A DNA stretch of 64,000 bases from Calcarisporiella thermophila CBS 279.70. Taxonomy: Eukaryota > Fungi > Calcarisporiellomycota. Each line of letters begins with the position of its first letter. Within the stretch, counting starts at the first letter, position 1. The notes under the pieces are model-generated. The model had not been told where the DNA came from. It searched no databases and was given only the letters and a program-made list of their open reading frames with translations. The position numbers and the translations under genes are program-made. The DNA lies in the NCBI RefSeq assembly GCF_041956535.1, contig NW_027192218.1, positions 263,728-327,727 on the forward strand, read 5' to 3'. This document shows, piece after piece, positions 35,612-47,912 of the stretch.

Positions 35612-36407
35612 ATGAACATTAACGCCATTCTAGACTCGTTTAAAAATGAGCAAGATGACTATTTAGATCATCTCTACGATGTCTTAGAGGTTGCGCCCTC
35701 TTCCACAGTAAGTCGCAGAACAAAGCTCCAGCTTACATTTGTCATAATGTATTATAAATTAGTTCGACCAAATAGCTGCCGAATACAAGGTAAAAGCCCT
35801 TGCTACGCATCCCGACAAACAGGGACATCTCTCTCCCGACGAGAGGCTAAAGCTGCAGCGGAAATTTGAACAAATTACCGTTGCCTACCGCATCCTCCAC
35901 GATCAGGAAGAAAGGGCAGCCTATGACAAGTGGAGGCAAAGCGGGCTGAGGATTCCATACGCCGTTTGGAGGAGGTTGGGGAGCCATGCACAAGTATATT
36001 TTCTCTTTGCCTGTATCCAATTCCGGCATTCCATTTCTAACACTTACTTCTAACTCAAACTGTAGTCAGTACATTGGCAATCACTCCCTGCTCAATCAGC
36101 CATCACCAATTTTTCGCATTCTGATCATCAACCAACCGTCCCTTCTGTCACTGGAGACAAACCGAGCTCCGAAGCATCCATCAAATCGTATTCTTCAGAT
36201 GAATCCACTAGCCCCGCTCCAGCAGCCCCAGTCAACACCAATACCACCTCGTTCGCTCGACCAGCCCCCACGGTGGCAACCCAGCATTTTGCTACGGGTA
36301 GGGGAGGGGACGAAGCGCATCAGACCTATGAGACCGGAAAAACGGCTTGGATATTTGAGGGTAGTCATGAAGATTTATATCGCAAATTTAAAAACTACGA
36401 GATTTAA
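35612..36407 (+). CDS. DNAJC12: J-domain co-chaperone, DNAJC12/JDP1-like
   Basis: MNINAIL...LYDVL, EYKVKALATHPDK, YDKWRQSGLRIPY..W, spliced SVHW and C-terminal LYRKFKNYEI*; two introns. Confidence 0.85.
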
Positions 36408-36644
36408 TTTCATTCAACCGTGCAGTACTCTCACGCCCATCACCTTGTAATCTATTACATGTTTTTTCACCCGCTTATATCATTTCTATTTTAACTCCTT
36501 TAATTCAGTAAATGGGCCTGTTCATAACGTTCTTTATTGTATAAGCTCATAGGTGTCCCCCCTCCATATCAGATACCAGATTGAAAAAAATACGGAAAAC
36601 TTTAAACCTATCCCTAAAATCAGTCGTGGGGGGAACCTGGCCTC

Positions 36645-37316
36645 CTAATATATCCATCCACCATAAGGAAGCCCGCACTCGTATCCACCCCATCCCAAGT
36701 AGGCATCCTCAATTCCGTATCCTCCGAAGGGGGTGCCATACCTAAAGCAGTCGCATCCAACATCACCGTATCCCCAACCGCCGAATCCATGGCAGCGCTT
36801 CATGTGCGTCGTACTGACGGCAGCAGTATTAAATGTGTTGGCACTGTTTTTGGCGGTGGTGGCCTCATTGGCAACTACGTTGGCCGCGAGGTTTGCATCG
36901 TGGCTGAAGCGATTGTTTACGTTGGCCGCATTGAGCTGGAAAGCACTATTGAAGAAGGCCGGGAATCCCCATCCCCCTCCCCAGATGTGGGGCGATCCAT
37001 AGCAATTCCGGCGCTTAAGGGTCGCCGTGTTGACACTCCCGACATTGAAGGTGTTTGCATTGCTGTGGGCATGGGTTGCTTCGTTGGCTTTAACGCTGGC
37101 AGCAAGATTCGCATCGTGGCGGAATCGGTTGTCTACATTGGCAGCATTGGCGTAGAACTGGTTGTTGGCAAAAAATGGGAATCTCCCGATGTAGGGGGCA
37201 CCGTAGCCAATCATACGTTTGTCAATCTCTTCTGCACGTGCAATGGGGGCAGCTTTTATAGGAGTGGCAGCAAGTGTAAGAAGGGAAAGGATGGTAAAAG
37301 TGACGATGGATCGCAT
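36645..37316 (-). CDS. Secreted Kex2-processed repeat precursor (two Asn/Ala-rich repeats plus Gly/Tyr/Trp/Cys-rich tail), 223 aa
   Basis: Signal peptide from ATG 37316; KR, KRR and KR sites; duplicated NAANVxNRFxHDANLAAxVxANEAT...ANTFN core; TATA at 37417-37424. Confidence 0.85.
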   Translation of the reverse strand: MRSIVTFTILSLLTLAATPIKAAPIARAEEIDKRMIGYGAPYIGRFPFFANNQFYANAANVDNRFRHDANLAASVKANEATHAHSNANTFNVGSVNTATLKRRNCYGSPHIWGGGWGFPAFFNSAFQLNAANVNNRFSHDANLAANVVANEATTAKNSANTFNTAAVSTTHMKRCHGFGGWGYGDVGCDCFRYGTPFGGYGIEDAYLGWGGYECGLPYGGWIY

Positions 37317-38726
37317 GGCGTCGAAGTGCTTTATCCTAGTGTCCTGAGTTATCTCGATGTGATTTATTGAACTGTGGGGAGTATGTGAACTTGAAGGAAA
37401 GGGGGGTGCCATCGCCTTTTTATATGACCCTCAGACACACCTAAATTCTATTACGCACAGATATCTATCAGTCGGTTGCATTGGAGTGATAAATCAGACA
37501 CTTTGGGGTGTCAAACTCTGATATTAATAGCCGGATCCAAGACCTGATATATTATTGTTTTTCATTCACAGCACTGCACCCAATTAAACAAGATTTTAAA
37601 AGAAACCACAACGGTGTATGTAGAAGTATAAGGAAACATTAGGCTAGATGGTGTAGATAATGTATAGATGACATGTAGAGGATGTATGCAATCGCATGTT
37701 TATGTCGATACTTATTGTAACAAGGAGGAGATCAATAAATCCTACTGGGAGATGGGAGTGGGTGGCCTTGGTTTGAGAAACGTTAGTATAGGCAGAGCAA
37801 CTTTCCACTCGCTCTATGATAAACTAGCTAGCTGTCTGCTGAGCGCCTTCCATTGAGGAAGGCAAGTACTGCAAGTAAAATACAAATAAAACATAACTCC
37901 AAAGAGATTCTATTTCTTCTATTATACAAAGAAACCCTCGTGATTCAGAAATCAAGCACAAGCTGAAGTCCAACCTTCTCTAAATGCTCCACTTCCACTT
38001 TTCCACCAGTGACATTGCCTTCCTGAGATGAGGGAACTCGGTATCGCGCTACCTCAGCTGAGCGATGAATCGCCTCTATCAATGCAATAGATCAGGATAT
38101 ATACAAGCAATGATTAGGGCATATTCCGAAAAAAAAAGGTACCGAGTGCGAAAAGGCGAAGATATTCCGCAGAGAGCTGCAATGCTTCCTTGTTGACTAT
38201 GATAATTGAGGAGGGTCTTGAGAATCACGGAAATAAATCGCGTTAGGGAATGTTTTCCTATATTTACTCTTCGTTCCTGGCTCTTTCCAGGCAGACTTGA
38301 AGATGGTATGGACCGTTTCTGGTTTAAATCGTGAAGCATCCTCTGACTCCATTTCTCTTGATCGTCTAGGAAAATGAGCCTAGTTCCACGCAAACCAAAA
38401 ATTGGTAGGATTTTCTTTTTAATTTGGGCTGTGACACGTATTTTTTCGCGTTCTTTTTTGGAGTCATTACAGATATATTGAGGTAGTGCTATTAATAAAA
38501 AAATGATTGACCTTAAGAAATAGGGATATTACGGGATATTACAAGGATACACTTGCAACGAAAGACAATGGGTCCAAAGACAACGAAAAATAAAGAATGG
38601 GAAGGGGGTTAGGCCCTAAAGATTATTTTAATGGTAGTAATTCTTCAAATTGAGTGGACATGGTCAGAAATGCCACCACACATCAGAGGCTTTGTTCGTA
38701 TGACTGGCTGTCTTGCTCCACTCCAC

Positions 38727-39455
38727 TTACTCTTGGTGCTCGTCCCGCTTGTCGAAGTCTTGCTTCGCTGAGTTGTTCCCTTTTCCATGTGCGCGCGTGT
38801 TGCTATTGTTGTTCTCCAAGTCCTGCGGGTTCGAGTTGACAAGCGCGTTGGCCACGCCCACCTTGCTAATGACGTGGGCATTGTTGGCACTTCCGTCCAC
38901 AATCCCACGCTTCTCGTATTGCTTGATTGCGTTGTTTTTGGAGCCTTTGGAGCGCCCGTTGGAGTTGTTGTTCTCTCCGTCCTGCGGGCTGGAGTTCACG
39001 AAAGCGTTCAGGATGCCGATTTTGCTAAGGACGTGCGGATTGTTCAGCGAACCGTCGATGATACCACGCTTCTCATACTGCTTCGCCGAGTTGTTGCCCT
39101 TGCCTTGTGCGCGGGAGTTGCTGTTGTTATTCTCCAAAGACTGGGGATTCGAGTTGACCAATGCGTTCAGCAAATTGATGTTGCTAAGGGCATGTGCGTT
39201 GTTCAGAGAGCCATCGATGATACCACGCTTTTCATACTGCTTCGCCGCGTTGTTACCTTTGCCATGCGCACGAGTGTTTGCGTTGTTATTCTCCAGCTCC
39301 TGTGGACTGGAGTTGACGAGAGCATTGAGCACTCTTATCTTGTCGAGGACATGTGCGTTGTTAAGCGACCCGTCGACAATGCCACGGTTGTGGATGGGGG
39401 CGGCATGCAGGGTGGTGAGGGCGGCGAAAAGAGCAATGATAATGCAAGATTTCAT
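38727..39455 (-). CDS. Secreted Kex2-processed repeat precursor with four 53-54 aa Asn-rich repeats, 242 aa
   Basis: Signal peptide; four repeats GI(V/I)DGS(L/A)NNxH...NALVNSxPQxxENNNxN...GKGNNxAKQYEKR, each ending in KR. Confidence 0.9.
   Translation of the reverse strand: MKSCIIIALFAALTTLHAAPIHNRGIVDGSLNNAHVLDKIRVLNALVNSSPQELENNNANTRAHGKGNNAAKQYEKRGIIDGSLNNAHALSNINLLNALVNSNPQSLENNNSNSRAQGKGNNSAKQYEKRGIIDGSLNNPHVLSKIGILNAFVNSSPQDGENNNSNGRSKGSKNNAIKQYEKRGIVDGSANNAHVISKVGVANALVNSNPQDLENNNSNTRAHGKGNNSAKQDFDKRDEHQE
38745..39383 (-). repeat. Coding tandem repeat, four units of ~159 nt
   Basis: Four diverged copies, visible at both DNA and protein level, each ending at AAG CGT/CGG (KR). Confidence 0.9.
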
Positions 39456-39540
39456 TATGGATGATGATGGTGAGTGGTGAATAAAGTGATACTATATGCA
39501 AGTGGAGGTGGGGATGCTATCAGGAATAAGTTATGAAAAC

Positions 39541-39580
39541 GAGAGTGAGAGAGAGAGAAAGAGAGAGAGAGAGGAGGGAG
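39541..39580. repeat. (GA)n/(CT)n microsatellite in the 5' flank of the 39455 gene
   Basis: gagagtgagagagagagaaagagagagagagaggagggag. Confidence 0.8.
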
Positions 39581-41529
39581 GAAAAAAATTCTTCTTGTCT
39601 CTATTTAAGACAACGTGAAATGGGTGGGAATGGAAGGGGAAGAAAGAGGTAGAAACGGAAGATAAATGATGATTTTGGTTATAAATATATATCTACCAGC
39701 CCCCATACGGCCCAATCTAGTATGGAGGACAATGGGGGGGACAGGACAGTCACTTGCCTATTTGGACCGATTTGATTTTCATGTAATTTATAGTTCTGAG
39801 ACATGAATTTATAACCTCCTCTCTTGCTCAGCAATGTTGTGATCGTCAATCGTTTACTCCCTTTTCACTCATAAATCTAGAGTAGGAAGGAATCTGCTAA
39901 TTCGGAAATTAGTTTGAATCCTGGAATCGACTAAAAAAAGCTGCAATCAACCTAGGATATACAATTGTTCTATCAAGAAAAGGGCGGTATTTGCCTTTAT
40001 CAAACGTAGAGTTTCAGTGTTTTCTACCAAGAATGGGATTAAAGCGGGCGGAAAGTGGGCACTCCAGCCTCTTCCATCATCGAAGCTGATCGAAAATTAG
40101 CGCTCTCATTCCCATTAGTGTACTCGAGTGGTCAACGTATGTATACGGCACTCATCTAAAGAAAAAAAAAAATGCTACAATAGTGGTCATATTCTAATAG
40201 TAAAATTCCTTTAGATAAACAGACGTGATGATAGGATTTGAGTTGATAAAACACGAGAAGCTTTTAGATGAAAAGAGGTGAGCAAAAGTCCAAATGAATT
40301 TATCTTGGCTCTGAAAATACCCCGCAGCATTAAGAAAATATCGCTTTGTACGCCGCTAAATGGGTCCCCAATACTTTTTAATTCTCCATCTCACAACAAT
40401 GTGCTTCAACAAGACCAAATATGAATATACAAACCACATTCTAGATGAATCATCTCTGCAAATGGTACATCCGCAGTAGAGCTCAGCCTCTTTCTCATCT
40501 ACACCCGCAACTATTCCTCGCTGAGGATGTCAGGGGAGATCGACAACGAAATGTTCCGTGAGAAAGCCTCAAAAGGTTTCATCCATTCGAAATACCTCTA
40601 GAAAATGAAATTAAAGGCAGTTGCCGCCGCTTTTTCTACTTATGCCATGGTGCTAAAGGAATGGTCCCTATCTCTACTCATAGTTTACCATGAAGCCTTG
40701 ATAGTACTTCCTCTATTCAACATCATGCACACAGGGCCTAAAAAAGAAATGCCTGCACAACTCCAAATCGGGAGTCTCTCAAAAGAGAATAAAACCTTGG
40801 ATTGGTCTCCATCATATACTGGTAGCTGTTGAGATCTGCCAAAAATTTTATTGAAAGTATCTTTCATGCTATTATTTACTTCCCCATCCCCATATAAGGC
40901 TTCCTTGCTTCTGACTATCTAATTGAGACTTGTATGCTTCTGGCATCTCACGTTTCAGTTTTTTAAGGTTTTGCCAAGGTCTAGCCACTTTGCCATTCCA
41001 GAGGGAATCTAGATTAGAGTGAATTGAGGATTTCTATTATTCCATTCTTCCCCCTCTTCTGGGTACGAGTTTGGGTCTAGAAGATCTTTAAATCCCCTTG
41101 TGGCCGCCCCATAGCCGCCTGCAGACTGCCTCCCCTCATGTCCCTCGATAACACTGATTTGGTACTGCCTCATTTGTTGCGATGGCTTTTGTTTTTAGCA
41201 ATCACCGCTCTCAAAGTTGATTAAATCGGGCATTGATGGTCACAAGTCGAATATTATTGAACGGCGCTGATTGGCCGATCTCTTAATGTCGCACACAAAC
41301 TTGTATGAAATAATGAACGTGTTTTCAGATACTGCTCTCTCTCGAAACCACTCTACCCTGCCTATCGTTCTTCTACTCCGCCTCCCATCATTTCCCCCAG
41401 TTCCCGATCGACAGGATTCTGTCCTCCTCCCCCTCCTCCTCTTCTTCCTCTCCCCTTCCCTTCATTTGTGTTGTGGCTACGGAGCTGATCTCTCGGCTTT
41501 TCATTCGCCACTGACTTGCTTAATATACC

Positions 41530-42123
41530 ATGAACATCGTTTGGATTAACGTGGCTATTATAACTACGCTGGTTCTTCTTGGATGTGCCGTTTCTAATGC
41601 TCAACCCCATCATGCTCTGCCACCCTTTCGACTTGTAGAGCGCGATCCGAATCAAAGGCAGGATGATCAAAAGCAAAAAGGAAAAGCTAATAATACCAAA
41701 AATAACGGGCAGCCCAAGCAACAGGCTAAGGGTACACTGAATCTGAGCACGATTGGGATCTTACCCTCTGCGGGGGTTCTCAATCCGATCCTCCCTGGAA
41801 CCGGGACGAATGCTAAATCCAAAGGTTTAGGAACCTCGAATGCAGGGATGGCCACTCCAACAAGTGTGAAAGGGGCCGCTGGAGGTGCCATCTCCGTCCC
41901 CGATACTATATCCACAACCTCCTCGGCCATAAGAGGACAGCTTCCCAATGTATCGGGTTCCGCACTAGCAACTCCTACCAATGACCCAAACAACCCTTTC
42001 AGTGAAAGGGTGGAAGGTCCAATGGTCACTCAGCTGTTTGCCGCTGCAGAGAGTCGCAGGCCTTCGACTATAGTGGCTTCTCTGAGTCTTCTTTCATTCG
42101 TGGTTGGGTTCTGGACTCTATGA
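41530..42123 (+). CDS. Secreted, probably GPI-anchored Gly/Ser/Thr-rich cell-surface protein, 197 aa
   Basis: N-terminal signal peptide, low-complexity body and hydrophobic C-terminal tail (IVASLSLLSFVVGFWTL); intronless. Confidence 0.78.
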   Translation: MNIVWINVAIITTLVLLGCAVSNAQPHHALPPFRLVERDPNQRQDDQKQKGKANNTKNNGQPKQQAKGTLNLSTIGILPSAGVLNPILPGTGTNAKSKGLGTSNAGMATPTSVKGAAGGAISVPDTISTTSSAIRGQLPNVSGSALATPTNDPNNPFSERVEGPMVTQLFAAAESRRPSTIVASLSLLSFVVGFWTL

Positions 42124-42349
42124 CCTTTATTTATCTGATTTCTTTGGATAGGCTACATAGCATTCGCCCTCTTACCCAATCGTCAGCTTGGCCTTTTTTT
42201 ACTACCCTAGTAGCATCCCCCCCCCCCTCCTTTCATCTTTTTTTTTTGCAACTTCCCTATCCGTAATGAATGGAACCATAGTGGTCTCTTATTTTTAATA
42301 TTTTATTATCTACCCTTTATAATTTATTCAATATCAATAAAGCAAAAGG

Positions 42350-42815
42350 TTATCTCAGAAAAACACCTAGGGATTCATTCAGCATTTCGATTGTCCGATA
42401 GTAGCCGTCATAGCTCGCTGCATGTAGCTTGTGTTGATGTGGTTTTAACTTTCGATTCCAGAAAGGAGGCCGTTCCGCATATTTCTGGTGGTAGATTCCC
42501 ATTTGGCAGAGATTCTTTATGACCTTGTGCTCCAGCCCGCGGCGCCGAGCCGCTTGGTCGAGAAAAAGTAGTGTGTTGTGTGCTATTTTTTATTCCGGGA
42601 TAGGTTAGGAGAGCATTTTAATAAAGGGTTGCAGAGCTCATGCACTTGCCCCTGGAGAATAGAATTGGACATTGGTCGGGTGAGGCACTAAGATTCTCGT
42701 TGAATCCATCACGAAGTTTGCGACGAAAAATGTATTTTGCTGGAGCGGCATTGGAGACAGCTGCGTGACCAGCACGCCAGAGGCGGCGATATAAGGATCG
42801 TGCCTCTTGCGACAT
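42350..42815 (-). CDS. LYR-motif mitochondrial protein (fungal DUF1763-like), two exons
   Basis: SLYRRLWR...RRKLRDGF; exon 2 reads HNTLLFLDQAARRRGLEHKVIKNL...TIEMLNESLGVFLR*. Confidence 0.75.
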
Positions 42816-42947
42816 TCTTCTACTGTCCAGAGCAGCGAAGAAATAGAGAGAAAAAAGAGTTACATTTGTGACTGGCTTTCTATTATTTTATTGAGGTCTT
42901 CCCACTAAGATCTATCCTATTGTTCACTACTCTTTGGAGCTCCCACG

Positions 42948-45785
<2,838 letters not shown>

Positions 45786-47912
45786 CAAGCTGAGCCACCG
45801 TTGTAATTTTTCATGTCTAGTTTATTATACACCTGTGTATGGATTAGTTTTTTGAGGGTTTTGCGCGGAGGGGTTCCATGCTCCCTCCTCTCTATTTTTT
45901 TCTTGTTGTTGATTTGACGCAGGAGGCGTCCAGAGCGGAGCCTGCGCGAGGGGATTGTCCTTGCGTCATCAATAAAGGTTTTGTGGGCCCGCGACTAGGC
46001 CCAAGGTAGTTTGACTTGGTTTCGTGGTGATGGGGGTGTCCTTCCAATCATCCCAATCTCCCCCCGCCAAAGTGGCGATTGGCCGGTCGAGGAGGGGGGG
46101 GGGGCATGACCCAAATCGAGTGCTGAGTTGGGGGGGCGGATTCCTTCGGCCAGTCTTACCGAGCATTTGCAGTACAGCGAAGGCTCTGCTGGCTCTATGG
46201 TTCGGCCGAGCAATTCGTTCGCATGGAAGCTTCCAATTCCAGTCAAGTGGGGGAGGCAGTATAAGGAAAGTCCATTGACATAAGCGAAGGGGACGCTGCG
46301 GAGGCCCGAAATAACGGTGAGAAAGGAAAGCGCCCACGAGTGGCTCGGAATTTGCCGTTGGGATGGGGGCTTATCGGTGAGACCCTTCAAATGGTCCAGG
46401 CGCTGTGCTTTTTTGGGGGGAGATGTCAAGGAGCAATCCTAGTGGGCCGTTTCTCGGTGGCAAGGGAGCCGAACCCAAGCATGTTCCCTGAGGATGCCCC
46501 TAGCACGAGTACAGCGGTGATGCTAAGTCAGGCGCATTCGATGGCCGGATCAGGCCCAGCGCGGCCGGGCTCGAGGGCTCGACTGCGGCTTGTCCGGCCG
46601 GGAAAACGGGAGGCTCCCCAATGGTGCTCCATTAATTTGTTCCAGGGGGCGACCCCAAATGGGCGGCAACGGGTGGGGATGTGCCCAATGTTGGCCGAGG
46701 TCATGGCCGTGGCGGCCCCCCAAAGAGGCCGCATCGACCGTCGAGGTCGAATCTACTGCGCTACACTTGGAATTTCCATTACATAACGCAAACTCCCCCC
46801 TAAGCACTTGATTTCCCATTCCGACGAGCATCTTGCCGCCCCATCTTCTCGCTTATCAGCTTCCCCCCAGTGCTAGCATCAGCGCGCCGTTGGAGACCGG
46901 AGGCTCCGACAGCAGGCTGGCCTGGTCGAATTGGCGGCCTCGCAGCGATGGCCGGGCCATTGCTCGGCTCGACTCCAGGCCCCCCGAAGCCGGGAAGCGC
47001 CCCCTTTCCGCATTGGCGAATCCGGGGCATCTGATTGGGCGATGGGTGGATGGCTTAGCGCGATGCCTTTTTCGTCGCCCCCTCCCCTCTCTTGGCAGAG
47101 CCTCCGCTGAGGGGCTCGCATGATCAAGGCCCGCGAGGATCCAAGCCACCGCAGTGAAACAGGGAGGTCGAGTGAATACGGTGTCACTCTAGTTTAGTGT
47201 TGGTGACGAGGAGCGAGCAGCGAGCAAGTCGGACAGAGGCAGGGCGGCGCGGATTGGCTGGGGGGGGGGGGGCGGCGAGATAATACAATGCTGGTGAGCA
47301 GGCATGAGCCAAAATATGAAATCTCTAACACAAATTCGATGCGCAGCCAACTCTTTTTTTGTGGTGTTTCTTTTCTCTCTTTGGGAGGCGTTTCCCCCCT
47401 ATCTTGCTCTGCCTTCTCAGCTCGGCTCGCTTCCCCTCTTGATTCTCGGGCTCGGTGCATCCCTCGCCGCCGTCTCGCCGCAACTGCCGCCTCGCCCGCC
47501 CCCGCATCGGTGCCCCTCTTTTCGCAAGCTTCAACGCCATTGCCGCACCCCTGACCCATCCCACCTGTTTAACATCTCAGCTGTTTCATTGCCTCTATTT
47601 TCCCTTTTCTGGTTGGATCTTGATTGAGATCCTCTATGCTGCGGGTGTCTCCCCATCCCCATCTCCTCCCCATTGTCGATTGACTAGTGCCGTCTTAGCT
47701 GGACATCCCCTCCATCCCCTTCCCCCATTGCTGCCCGCCGCCTCCATTCCTCCCTCTCATCCCCATCCCGCACAACCTGCCTCTGTGCCTCCATCCACAT
47801 TCTGCAGGAGGGGGGGAACAGCACCTTGAATCGTTTTAATTAATCCGCATTTCGTTGATCAACCGATCTTGTCCCCTTCTCTGCTTGTCTGCATCCGATC
47901 ACCAAGCATAGA

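Noticed and set aside
37317-37412. Upstream ATG for the first Kex2 precursor (also the TTG/GTG-extended starts in the ORF track)
   Set aside because: The ATG lies ~5 nt from the TATA box and would bury the signal peptide; 37316 is preferred.
36645-39455. Dikaritin/ustiloxin-type RiPP cluster
   Set aside because: Repeats are long (50-70 aa) and no DUF3328, tyrosinase, P450 or transporter genes are adjacent.
38713-39480. 255-aa and 225-aa plus-strand ORFs showing repeats
   Set aside because: Antisense mirrors of the four-repeat precursor; no convincing signal peptide or processing sites.
40400-40870. Coding-like stretch with stops
   Set aside because: No recognisable homology; cannot be distinguished from intergenic DNA.
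45969-47830. Numerous short ORFs between U2SURP and BCK1
   Set aside because: Low complexity, all frames open, no motifs; better explained as a GC-rich promoter or leader. No recognisable ncRNA.
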